DNA of 64,000 nt from Albugo candida. Lineage: Eukaryota. Below, one piece after another: positions 24,609 through 37,390 of the stretch. Under the pieces are notes generated by a model that ran no database searches, had not been told where the DNA came from, and saw nothing but the letters and a program-made list of their open reading frames with translations. The position numbers and the translations under genes are program-made. Position 1 is the stretch's first letter, and each line of letters opens with the position of its first letter. The stretch is from assembly GCA_040437565.1 (NCBI GenBank), contig JBDOQK010000016.1:248001-312000 (forward strand), given 5' to 3'.

Positions 24609-26236
24609 TTACGAAAAATGGCCGGGGTTGTACCACATTTGGATATCTTTACAAAGCTGAAGATCTGAATCCTGTATGACGTCTAGGACAGGATAAGTGA
24701 CTCTACCATCTTTCAATTTATCACGTACACCCGGATCCAATTCTTTATACTCGTGGCTGTTTTCTGCTTGTAAACGATCGTCCCACTCGGTGATTTTTTG
24801 TCTCGGATCGTAGTCTGGAAATGAGTCTGCTGAGTATTTCGCTTCATTACACCTCATCCCTGTGTCGCTATGTTGGGAATGGACCGTATTGGTACCCAGT
24901 GTCCTTGTACTTGATTTGTGTTGCTGTCCATTCACCTGAAGCGTGATGCCTTGACGTACTTCCTCTGAGTCGTCAAGAGGTGGTGGCATATTGCTGTCGT
25001 TGGCGTCACGAACCTCTAGTGGCTCCATATCGGAAGAACATGCTGATGTGTATTCCTGAACATAAGTGCTCTTTGGCCATACAGTCGCTGTACAATGCTT
25101 ACACCGTTTTTCTCGCGTTACGTCTTCACGGTCATTTGGCAATAAACTCCCTGCCTTTCCAGAATCAGGTCGAGGCTTTTCCGACTCCAACAATGCTTCT
25201 TCCATTTTCAATCTCCATTCTTCCATGATACCTTTGACTTTATCCGGTAAATGTGCTGAATTATTCAAAAAATAACTCACGTCGAGAGTACTTTTTGAAG
25301 CTTGCGGACTCGAGGAAGATGAAGCACCCGGCTTCGAAATGTCAAGCTTTTGCTCACTGCGGTTAAGCTGTTCTTCAAGACGACATTGTCGCTCGTGATG
25401 CAGCTCTTCCCGCGTTTTTTGTACCTCTAGCTGCAATTTTTCCAACATTGCTTCGTGCTTCTGCTTTTCTATTCGTTCCCTTTGTTGAAAACCTTGCTCT
25501 TGTTTTATGAACAAAGCGCGTATTTTGTCCATTTCAGACTATCAATAACCAAGTCACACGAGTTACTCTCATCTTCATGCAGCATACCCTAAGCTCATCT
25601 ATAGTTTCTTCCATTTGAAATCGACGTTTGGTTTCCCTTTCATTGGCTTTTTCCAAAACTTTGATGCGCTCACGATAAAATTGACTTTCAACAGCTTGAT
25701 TGTTAATCTTTTTCTGATAGTGCATCTTCTGCTGACGTGCCTCCTGCTCTTTCGATTTGAATGTACGGATTTCTGTAAGTAATTCGCTCTTTTCATCGTT
25801 CCAGCGAAATTCTTGCTCCTTGTGCAACTTTTCTAACTACCACAAATATTATCGGATCAGTTGTGCTCAAGTTTCTACTCTGCGTGGAACAGCAAACCTG
25901 AAGCAATCGTTGTGAGACACTGAGAACGTTTTCACGTTCTTTTTTAAGTTCTAAAGATTCTTCCGTCCAGGTTGATCTCGCCTGAGTAGCGCCTCGAGCC
26001 GTAGTACTCATTTCTCCATTCTTTTGGTACGCATGGCGAGATTCTATCTGGCTTACATGTTTATTTCGGCCATTCTGTTGCCGTATGCTCTCTTTTGGTG
26101 AAACATTATATTCTCTCTTATTCTTGTTAGATATCTTCCGTTTCTCATCGACACTGTTCTGCATTCCGACCACTTTATGGCGCAAATTTTCTGTGTAAAT
26201 CGCTGGTCGACGGCATGTACGGCTCCAGTCTTGCAT
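24609..26236 (-). CDS. Coiled-coil hypothetical protein, 3 exons
   Basis: ORFs 25793-26236, 25534-25827 and 24609-25532 with heptad-rich EKR content and plausible short introns. Confidence 0.55.
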
Positions 26237-26549
26237 CTGTTGTGATGGATACCATAGTACCTATATTATCCAGTAAATGTCCCTCGACTATCATTTCCAC
26301 CAATCATGATTACTTTTTGCATCTGATGAATCTTCAGAAGACGTGCGAAACAATCATCAGCTCAACCGCGATCAAAACTGTGATTATACTTGCCTGTACA
26401 AAGCACTTCATCGCTTGCAATCCATTCTGATCTATAGATCATCAAAACACATCTCACAACAGGCCATGATCGGGCAATCACGCTTTTTTATCTAATCTTG
26501 TTCGCTTCTTTACATCGACAAAGACTAAAATGAGAAATCATGAAAAATT

Positions 26550-28244
26550 TCAGGGAGGAGGTTCCCACCTCTTCCTCGAACGATGTGGGTGATCAAAGCT
26601 TGTCCTTTCTCTTTCTAAATTGATCGGAGGGATAGGAGTCTGTCCGGACGCATTATCCGAGGTTGAATTTGAGAACAATGGCAATCGATCTCTCTCTTTA
26701 TTGCCGCGTAATGCAGCCTTCATCTTGTACAGACTCATTGGAAAGCCTTTATGAGACCAAAATGATTCTTTACTACTTTCCTGACATCAGAATAAAAAAT
26801 TGTCAATTGATGTAGCTTAGAGAACTCCAACCCTCAATCATAGCGGTTTGCAAAAAATACTACTTACAGGCTCGATAGAAATCTTCACCCCAGGTGATAA
26901 AGACATTTGTAAAAAGGGATTCGACAGTTCTGCTGTTTCTAGCTCTTGGTACTTTCTGAAACTCTGTCGAGATCGATTAGTATCCTGCATGTTATTAAGA
27001 TCGCTCTTTGACAATGAGGCGACAGGATCCTGATCAAGGTCATTACGCAGAGGCTTTTCGTCGAGTTTGCGAGCGGAAACTTTCTTAATGCGACCATCAC
27101 GACGTTGTACAGCTTTTTCGCATTTTGTTTGAATACTATATTGAAGCTGAATCGATTGAGATCCACTTGCTCGGACATCACCAGCGCTCGACGCATCAGA
27201 ACCGGGAGAAATTGCATGCCAGACGGTCGGTACAGAAGTAGAATTGCACACCGAGTATTTTGTCCGTCTTCTTTGGATAGGAGAGTGAGAGCGTAAAGAC
27301 TTTGAAGTCGCCGCTAATGCTACAACTTTCCGATCGCAAAGTACCAGAGTTTTGAGATTGACTGGCTTGGTAGAAGCAGTATCTACACTAAAAACTTGAC
27401 CAGGTTTCCGTCCATTTGAGATGTCCGATGGGATCGAATCGCTTTCAGTGTCAGACTTGGCAGGGATACCAGAACTTTTTGAAGCTCGAGCTCGTAGCTG
27501 CGGCAGTCTCATGCGAATGGGAGAGGCTTGATGTTTGAACAAACGTAATAGATTGTGAGCTCGATTCGTACTTAGCTCNNNNNNNNNNNNNNNNNNNNNN
27601 NNNNNNNNNNNNNNNNNNNNNNNNNNNNNNNNNNNNNNNNNNNNNNNNNNNNNNNNNNNNNNNNNNNNNNNNNNNNNNAGATTGACTGGCTTGGTAGAAG
27701 CAGTATCTACACTAAAAACTTGACCAGGTTTCCGTCCATTTGAGATGTCCGATGGGATCGAATCGCTTTCAGTGTCAGACTTGGCAGGGATACCAGAACT
27801 TTTTGAAGCTCGAGCTCGTAGCTGCGGCAGTCTCATGCGAATGGGAGAGGCTTGATGTTTGAACAAACGTAATAGATTGTGAGCTCGATTCGTACTTAGC
27901 TCCGCAATGCGAGCCCTAGCTAACGCTGCATCGATCACAACGTCAGGCGGTTGTTCCATAAGCTTGTTCATTGTATCGGTGCTTTCAGTCTCTTGGAACG
28001 AATGAACAAATGCAAAAATTTCAAGTGTGTTTATCAATGAGCTAACGGCGTTTTTTGACGTTTGTTTGAACATCTCAGCAACGCGAGAATGCTCACCCAC
28101 AATGCCGACACAGCGAGATATGAGATCACTCAATAGTTCAAGGACCAGTAACTGAGCCTGAGATTCATCCTCAATGTCATCCGGTATCATATCAGCCTGA
28201 CGGCCGGAGGAATTGTCGTGGTCTCCTACATCCATCTGTATCAA
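26550..28244 (-). CDS. Hypothetical low-complexity protein, 2 exons (segment repeated across the gap)
   Basis: Long ORF 26838-28244 plus a probable last exon 26550-~26781; no recognisable domain. Confidence 0.5.
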
Positions 28245-28845
28245 GCCAATCTATTCGGCGGGAGAATCGCAAAACAGACAAATATACACGCATTCTATTT
28301 ATGTATTATGTTGTATGAAATTTCAGAAAAACTGTGGCAGATATTGGAGACAAACTAGCGACATGCGCCAGAGCGTACTATGGTACTGCTTGTTTGTATC
28401 GGCTTCTTTATCGAGGAATGTGATAGTGCGACTGAGAACCAGCCACATATACCACATCGTCTTAAATACTGAATATCTAGGCCTCTTGTAAGTCGAAGCC
28501 AAATAACAACAAATGCATCAGAGAGAAGATATTGGGGTTATGTCAGCGTAGCCTTGAAGGTTACTCCGCAATTATGCATTACACGACTGAAGAATCAGCG
28601 GTGTGGAACGATCAATTGCTTTGCTCTCATCACGCGCGTGTGCTGCCCAACTCTACAACTTTTCCATTCTACCAATAGTCAAGAGGACTCCGCTGTGGCC
28701 AGTCATCCGTATAAATGGGTATGATAGGATGAAAAACAAGTAATCACCTACCCCAGACACGATTGTATTGTGAAGGATGTGTATATTCAGGTCTGATTGG
28801 ACTAAATAAAGAGTCTGCTTTCAATTGAATACAAGCGCTTTTGCA

Positions 28846-31405
28846 ATGCTTCATCGACTTTGTGTGAGAATCGATATCCGCAAGACCGCTAACATGGCGC
28901 GTAATTGGCGACGTCGAAGCGATTTTCTATGCAAACGATCAAAAACGGGTCTTGGATTATTTCAAATACCTGATTTATACTCTGCAAATGACTTTCCACG
29001 GCTGACTGCACAGGTCAAAGTGCGGTGCCAAGAGTATTGTCAACGTGTAGGAGACTTGCAGTCATCAACCATCTAGAACCATCACATCGCTTTCTTTACT
29101 GTAGATCGAGAATAATGCTCCGAGCCTGCAGACTGTGCAATTGATATCCACATTTAGACCCTAGTTCTCTACATCTGCCGAGTTTTGATCGATTCCTTAA
29201 GTATATGTGCTGTTGTTGCAGCGTTTATTGTGCACTTGGATAACATTTCCAATACGATTTGCTGTTTGATTGATGCGGCGGAACTTTGTCGAAATGTCCA
29301 TCCGCAGGAGTACGCTGTTGCATTGCTCATTTCCATGACGGCTGATTTGAAATACCTGATAGAGAATTCCGCAAAGCTTCCAGTCAATGTGTGACAACCT
29401 TATCTACTTTCATCCAAGAACTCAATACAAACGTTTTCTTGTATAAACGGCTCGCCCAAGTAACCGCCAATTCCTCATTGATGCAATCCTTCACTGAAGA
29501 ACAGCAACGAATGGCCATCTTATTGCAAAAAGAATACGAAAGGGATGGAATTCATCTGGAAAGATCTAAACGTGATCGAGTCATCACTATTCGGGATGAG
29601 ATCATGCTCCTGGGAATGGATTTTCAAAGAAATATTCAATCGGCAAGAGCTTATGTTGAGATACCCGAAAGACTCATGAGACCTTTACCCTATCATATAA
29701 AATCACACTGTGATAAAAGTGTATATCGACCGGATATATTGCATGTACCCACGGACGGTCATGTAGCGGATGCTGTATTGAAGTGGATCAAGGATCCACA
29801 AGTGCGAAAAACAATGTACATGGCTTCTACTTCTTGTGCCCTGGCTAACGATGAGGTGCTGGTGGCGGTTTGTTAAGAGCAATTCACTAAAAGTATGCTT
29901 CAGGTTCTCTATCGCCTGAAAAAGAAGCGTCATGAGCTGGCAACGTTACTTAATTTCAAGTCGTATGCGCACTTTGCCATGAGGTATGGGGTCTGATGAT
30001 GTAGCAGCATGAGCTAACGGCGACTCAACGTAGTGACCGCACAATTCAATCGCCCAACGCAGTCAGATCTTTTGTGTCAATGCTATCCAAGCGGCTCATG
30101 CCCAAGGTTACTACATAAAACATATAATAGTCAAGGCTTATGTGGAAATGGCACAGGCAATAGAAGAGAAAAGGCTTTTACTACGGGCGAAACAGCGACA
30201 TGAGAGCGCGTCAGCTTGCGATTTGCATCTATGGGAGGTCCCTTACTACATGGGTATGCTTAAAGCACAAGCTTTTCAAATCGACTCTCGCATCATATCA
30301 TCATATTTCTCGCTGGAGCAATGCTTGAAAGGACTTCACCTACTATGTCTTCAATTATTTGGTCTTGAATTGCGCTCGTCACCGATGGATCCTCACGAAG
30401 GTTGGCATCCGGATGTTCAGAAGCTGATGCTTGTACAGTCAGGATCAAGTCGATCGGAAGATCGCATTCTCGGTTACATCTATTTTGACTTGTACCCGCG
30501 AGCAAACAAATATCACCATGCCGCTCATTTCACGATACGATGCGGTAAGCGACTCTCGAAATTTGAGTATCAAAAGCCTATCGTTGCATTGGTTTGTAAT
30601 TTCACCGTACCTGCTCCCGGTGCACCAACATTATTGACGTAAGCTCTCACGATGACGATTCATACTCAGCTGTTATCTTTTGTTTCGTAGCCATTCTGAA
30701 GTTGAGACTTTATTTCACGAGTTTGGTCATGCGATGCATTCTCTCTTATCTCGTACGGAGTTCCAACATCTTTCAGGCACGCGAGCACAATTAGATTTTG
30801 TGGAGACTCCAGCGCATTTATTCGAGTACTTTGTATGGGATCCCCGATTCGTTGAACAATTTGCACTTCATTTTTCCACAAATAAACCAATTCCACAAAA
30901 TATGATCTGGAATCTTCGAGCTTCTAAAAACATGTTTGCCGCTATGGATGCGCAGGTACAAAGTTTTACTGTCGCCTACTTGGAATAATTCTTGTTTCTT
31001 TGGTAGACGCAATGCTTGTACTCCTTGCTTGACTTGGTGATTTTTGGAGAACAACCGCTACCCAACACTGTGACTGAGATCGCTCGAGGGCTTCAAAATC
31101 AGGTCACTGTTCTCTCTCCGGTCAATTCGGTGGAATATAAAGGTTCTTGGCATCTTCGAATTGGTCATTTGGTCGGCTACGGTGCGGGATATTATAGCTA
31201 TTTATATGCCAAAATGTTTGCTTCTAGCATCTGGCAGAGTGTGTTCGCTCACAATTCTTTATCAAGAGATGCAGGAGAGCTGATCATAAATAAGATGATG
31301 GTCCATGGTGGAGCAAAAGATCCGATGATCATGCTTCATGAGATTATCGGAGAAGACCCAATGACAGAACGGTATTATCTACAGGAGCTTGGGATGCCTA
31401 GGTAA
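28846..31405 (+). CDS. MIPEP: Mitochondrial intermediate peptidase (M3 metallopeptidase), multi-exon
   Basis: Arg-rich presequence; LDNISNTICCLIDAAELCRNVHP; GYIYFDLYPR..K.HHAAHFTIRCG; ETLFHEFGHAMHSLLSRTEFQHLSGTR..DFVETP; HLVGYGAGYYSYLY. Confidence 0.9.
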
Positions 31406-31776
31406 GATGATCATAAATGGGACCAAGCGACAATTACACTCGACGAACCCTTGCACTTATCAACTACTGGCAGCATCGAACTACAATCAGACAGGAGTTT
31501 TTCGGTACGTTAAATCGATTAGGACGTTTCCTGGATCATCGATATCTTAGTAGTCAAGTTGGCGTAGAGTATGAAATTTATAAACTGGATAGACATTGGA
31601 TCGATTTACTAGACATGAATAACAAACCGCGGAACGATTAAACTTGAGCACAAATACTAAGCTGTTTGTTCTGATTGTCAAAATGTAGTTTTGTATATGG
31701 CCTTCCTGAATCCCGTACGTATTTCTAGGGACGTTGGTTCAGCCGTAGCTGAACGATTTAGTGACGTTTGTGCTGG

Positions 31777-31953
31777 TGTTGTAAATCCGCACTCACAAAG
31801 GCAGCCTCGCCGCTCTTCTTCACACGGCTCCGGTGTAGTGTATTACTTAATGTCTTTTTATTAGGTAAAAACAATCTACCTATCCCGCGTCCACTCCGTG
31901 TTGTTCCGTAAACCCGCGAAGTACTCAGACTCGGATCCGATCCGGACCCAACA
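31777..31953. mobile_element. Candidate solo LTR (177 bp)
   Basis: TGTTG...CAACA termini flanked by GCTGG / GCTGC (4 of 5 match, degenerate 5-bp TSD). Confidence 0.5.
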
Positions 31954-32529
31954 GCTGCAAATATAATGCTAACCTCTGTGTTAGCACGTCGTTACCTTTA
32001 AGTTCGGTCAAAGCGCCAAATCATCATTCATCAGTACTTCTTACCGATGCTTTCACTACCAATTTTGCGTGTTTCGGATTTGAATTATATTTCATGGCTG
32101 GCCTCACACATGGTCGTTGCTACATGACTCTCATCACCTTCATTTCTAGAGCTGCATGCTTATCTAGCATGAAACTGAAGGTATTCTAGCGCCCGGCTTC
32201 CCTTTGATGGTGATTGCTTTTTATACACTGGGTATGCTCCAACTCGTGGATTCAAAACATGTACTTCATTTTCATCGCTGTTTTTTTTGCTTGAAAAGCT
32301 GTTCAAGTCTGTAGAAACACTTGTCGCGTGCCGATCGAAAATGTCATCAAAAATGTGGCATGACATCAAACCCGAGGAAAACTATCGACAAATCAAGGAT
32401 CATTGGGGTGGTTTCATGAGTTCACTTTATAGCTCCGAGACCAAGTCAGATAATACATGAAAAAGAATCACAAAAAGCTACTGGTTTCGATTCAAGTTTT
32501 CCTCGAGTCAGAAGAGCAAGACGGTCTCA

Positions 32530-33746
32530 CAACTCGCTTAAGATGGCGGAAGTGATCAAGCACATGCGAAGTAATTCCTCTCAGGTATGGATGGATTAAC
32601 AGCTGCATTCAATTATCGTGATCTGGAAACGTTTGGCGAGTGTCTGATAATCGCGTTCGAATATCAGCTGGAAAGATTTATCTTACTTCGATCACTACGT
32701 CACTCTGCAATCATTTTTATAAAACACCGAAGCACGAGGGGATCCTGCAACTATCGACAGATCACACTACGTTGTGTCGATGTGAAAGTAACTTCAAAAG
32801 TATCGGTGCATCGATTGCAACCATTTTTGCCGAAATCAATCCATCAAGATCAAAAAGCATTTGTGCGAGAAAGATTGGTGCATTATCAAATTCGACATCT
32901 CACCCACATACAAGATCTGGTCACTCGTCGTGTGGAGGAAGTACATGCGGCTTTTTCTCGACTTTGAGAAATCTTATGATCGAGTGAATTGGACGAAAGA
33001 ATGGGCATTGGGAAAATTATCGATTGGGTTCGTCTTTGACAGCAACACGGAGGCTCAGTTGATGATCAATGAAAATATCACACCTTCCCATACACCATAG
33101 CGTAGAGTTAAACGAGGCGATCCTCCCTCTCTAAGCATTACTTTTTCTGATGACGATCAAATCTTTGAGAAATTTACTTCGTCAACACGAAGAACATGGT
33201 ATTTGGATCAATGGCACGACTGTCGCCACTGAATTTATTTTTTCGGACGATTCGACATTGCTTTTTGAAACAACAAATGGTATTTTGACGCAGCTCGTAC
33301 TCGTTCAGGTCTGATGCGAGGAAACAATTTGAGCAAACCATTCTTGCTCTTGTTGGATTGGACCTTGCTGTATCCACTTATACCCAATTTGACCATAATG
33401 GGTCCGGAGAATTCGGTCAAGTATTTGGGCATTCCGTTCGGATAGACACCAACTCATTCGATGCTTATTTTAACTCTAGACAAGCATCTATATGATGTAT
33501 GGTTCAGCGTGCACGAACTGTCCGTGGTCGACTACTGGTTGCGCAGATGATGAGTTTGTAACGTCTTTGGCATTACACTATTCACGTAGACATACTAGCA
33601 GAGACTACTCAACAGTGGCATTCGATGCTAAATCGATTTGTGCTTGGTCGGGAACACTGTAAGGGATTCGAAGTCCGTTCACCTATATCCTCGCCGAGAA
33701 GAGGGTGGATCATACTTTCCTTTTTTGGTAGGACGACTGAAGCTAC
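32530..33746 (+). mobile_element. Degenerate LINE 'B', RT region (5' part, interrupted by the Copia element)
   Basis: GMDGLTAAF, NYRQITLRCVDVK, IHQDQKAFVRER, FLDFEKSYDRVNW, RGDP, FSDDST and PRREEGG, with stops and frameshifts. Confidence 0.8.
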
Positions 33747-33977
33747 TCTTGGAAAGTAACGACTACACATTGCGATCCGTCGGACGTTTTGGTAAAACGA
33801 TCCAAGGATCTAAAAAATGGTCTTGTATACCTTCCGCTATGGACTGTCCCGACGCGGTGGTTTCGTGACCAACAAAGGCTGTAGGAAGAAAAACTTACAG
33901 TCATGGATAATATACTTACTTCTATTTTTGCCTCCCTTCAGTAAAGCGACTTCCTATTCCCTGCGGTGTTTACGACA
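33747..33977 (+). repeat. Copia 5' LTR
   Basis: Inverted homolog of 43607-43838. Ends in CA directly before the PBS and is preceded by GCTAC. Confidence 0.9.
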
Positions 33978-36900
33978 GGTTATGAGCCCAACGTCTATGG
34001 AACAAGTTGCTCGAGATCAAGCACAAGCTCCAGTCGCAACTCACACCGACAACGTTGGAGCCAGTACGGTTTCAAGTGCGGATGAGAACATGGAAAGGAT
34101 GCTAGATATGGTCGCTGAACTGAAAGTTGACATTGAAGCTTGCCTCACCAGGCTTGGAGCTCGAAGATTCGAGGATGACCAAGCTTCTGTCGTGTCCACC
34201 GGCAGCAGCACTTTTCGCGCTTATGCGGAGACGCACGCGGGACTTAGCCGGGATAGGACGATATCCTCGCTTGAAGACGAGTTGATAAGGAGTCCAGCGC
34301 GACATCACTATGCAAGACAGGGGCATCACCGATTGCGTGAGGAAGGTCGCAGACAAGGAGCACCCATACAGCCGCCAACGGGTCCATCATACAGGCCAGT
34401 GCCAGCACCGTCGTACTTTGAATCGCAAATATCCCTGCAGATAAGGGACCTGAAGCTCGCCATCGAAAATGTCGACGGCAATGAGGTGTACCCAGGCCTC
34501 GAGTCAGGTTTTGGACCGTGGGGGAATCGGTTTCTGAGGCAGGTCCAGATCGCTGAAGACCTCAGTGGGTGCATGTGGACTGAAGAAATATAGCTGGATA
34601 TTCTCGGTCGACATCTGTCCGGTAAAGCTGGACAGCACTTTCACAGCCAGGTGGGCATCTGGTACGAGGAGAAAACCCAAGTTTGGTACTCAATGGACCG
34701 ACTGGACACCAAGTTCGGTCCTTGAATTTCGAAGTCACAAGCGTTCAAGCTCTTCGCATCGAAGAAAAAGGAGACTATATCGTTGAATGATCACATGCTG
34801 TACCTGATGGCTTTGAGTGATGCTGTCGGTGGTGCTCACGACCAAGTTCTCGAAAAGATTGCAAGTTCGCCAGCTCTTCGAGTGACTTTCAGGGCGTGCT
34901 ATTGGCACGACTAAATTCTCAGCGTGAAGATTACTTACGACATGCAGAGGAACTGGTCCATCTTGCGCAGCTAAATGATCCAAGAATTCGCCTGGGAAGG
35001 AAGACGACGAGGGCCGCTGTTTAAAAGCACTAATGTTGGACGACTTAGAAAAGGTGAAGAGTGCCAAAGGAGATAACCAGGTGCCTGATTCAAGTGTGGA
35101 AAAGAAGATCATTACAAACGTGACTGCAAGCAAGAAGTCAAGAAAGATTTTGCACTGGTAGTTGCAGACAATGTCGACACCACATGCCAATGGATTTTGG
35201 ATAGTGGATCGAGTCGTCACCTGATGATGACAACATCACAACTTTACAATACAAAATAATGTGATGAAGAATGCCTGCTACAAAATGGAATAAGCCTGAA
35301 AATGCACTCCAAAGGAAACGCCGATTCTGTAGTACGCGTCGAGGGAGATCTTCTTCGCATAAACTAAGCGACGTCTACTACTGGGCAGATATTTCGTGGA
35401 ATATGCTTTCGTTTGAAAGAATCGAAGAAAGAAGTTATGACCTTCGTTATGATGGACGCACGCACTCGATGGTCCGACGCAGCGACGGTTTCAAGATCTT
35501 CGACGTTGACAAAGACAACAATAACGTATTGATGGTACGTGTTCTGACCGAGGATGTAGTTGGACTTGGTGCCAGGAAAGCTGAAGACTGCATATTAGCA
35601 GCTCTCGCTGAATCCGTCAATACAACAATCCCCGATTCACAAGCGGGAAGTCAACTGGATTGTCACTTGCGATTTGCACATCTGGCTTATGAAACCATTG
35701 AGAGGATGGCAAACGACCCAGAGAGCGGCATAATTCTTACGAATAAAGAAAGGCCAGCGTTCATAACATGCGCGCAGGGCAAGCAGACTCGCAATAAACA
35801 GTCGATTAAAGACACTGGAATGAATGCTCCTATCGACCGAGTAGGTGGCATTATCTGTAGCGATATCAAGGGTCCAATCAATCCAATCGACAGATGGGTA
35901 AACAGTAACTTATTGATTTCGTGATCACAAAAGCAACTACTGCCGTGTGTTTTCTGGCAAAAACGAAGGACAAGGCGACCAAGTCATTCGAGAACTTTCT
36001 CGTATACTTTGAGAAGCGCTTTAGCTGTAGGATTCACTGCCTACGCACCGATGATAGAGGCGAGTACAGGGTCGTCGACCCGTTATGTGAAAAATCCGGT
36101 GTGCGACGTCAGGTATCGGAAGCGGGGAATCAAGCTTCAAACGGGAAGGCGGAGCGTCTACATGAAACAGTAATGAACATGTTGCACTCCATGATTTTTG
36201 AATCGGGGCTGCCATTTATTTTTTTGGGGAACGCTGCAGAAAATGCGTCCTACATTCTCAACCGCAGCCCGACGCGGGAAAATGAGAATCGTGCTCCGCC
36301 GATCAAAGTTCTGACGGGTTCCATCCCAAAGCTGACGGATATTGTTTTTTTTTGCTCCCCGTTCACCGCAATCCGGAACCCGAAACACCAGACCCTAGAT
36401 CGACGTGGAGAGAAAGGATTGCAAGAGCGACGAAATGAAAAGGTACAAGTTGAAGTTTACCAAGGATCTCGTGGTGCGAACAACGCAACATGTCAGAGAT
36501 ATAAAAATCCTCAGCGAGGATGCAAGAGCGCAACTTGTTCGTCAAATAAATGAAAACAACGCGGAATGAGCTAACAATATAAAGACCTCTGATTCCATTG
36601 ACATGATTGTCGAATAAGCATATGAGGTGGACGCGCTATGTGACATACGGACAGAAACAACCAGCCATCTTGCATAACGGGAGGAGCTGCGAGTGGTAAC
36701 GAGAAACTTCAAGAAGCGCGGCAAGTGTGGCAGAAGAAGAAGAAGTAATCTGAACAAGATACAGTCAATCAGCCAGAATGAACATGAGGACGAGATATAA
36801 TGGAACAAAGATCCCGCCAGGTGAGATTATAGGTGCTGTTCATCATGCGGATCCGAAGAGTTGGAGAGAAGCCATGAACAGTGACAAGTTTGTGGAGTGG

Positions 36901-37390
36901 GAAGGCACTGCTGAGTCGGAGAAAGATTCTCTAATGGCCAATGACACGTGGGAGATGATATTGCGCACGGATGAAATTCTTCCTCTTCACGCAAACTGGG
37001 TGTTCAAGACAAAAATAGATGCTAGTGGAAACGTCGAGCGCTACAAAGCACACATGTGGCATGCGGGAATGAACAGTTCTTTGGTAAAAACTATACACTA
37101 ACATCCACCGCCGTTATGGACATGACGACTGGGAAGGTTATCCTTGCACTATACGAGATGTGAGGTGTACCGGTGCGTCATGGGAACGTGCCTAATGCGT
37201 ATGTCAAGGCCTCCACTGAACCGGATCTGGACAGTTACCTATACGTTCCACAAGGAATGAAAGTGAGTGAGAAGGAGCTACAGCGTATGGCGCTCAGCAC
37301 ACGAAACAAGTGGTGCTTCGAATACAGCGCAGCCTATATGGATTAAAACAACCTGGAAGACTCTGGGCGCAGCTTCTACATGCATAACTA
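33747..37390 (+). mobile_element. Ty1/Copia LTR retrotransposon, 5' part (LTR, PBS, gag, protease, integrase, start of RT); degenerate
   Basis: LTR 33747-33977; PBS GGTTATGAGCCCA; decayed CCHC knuckle; WILDSGSSRHL; HLRFAHL; LRTDDRGEY..NGKAERLH; PKSWREAM; WVFKTK; LYGLKQ. Confidence 0.9.
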
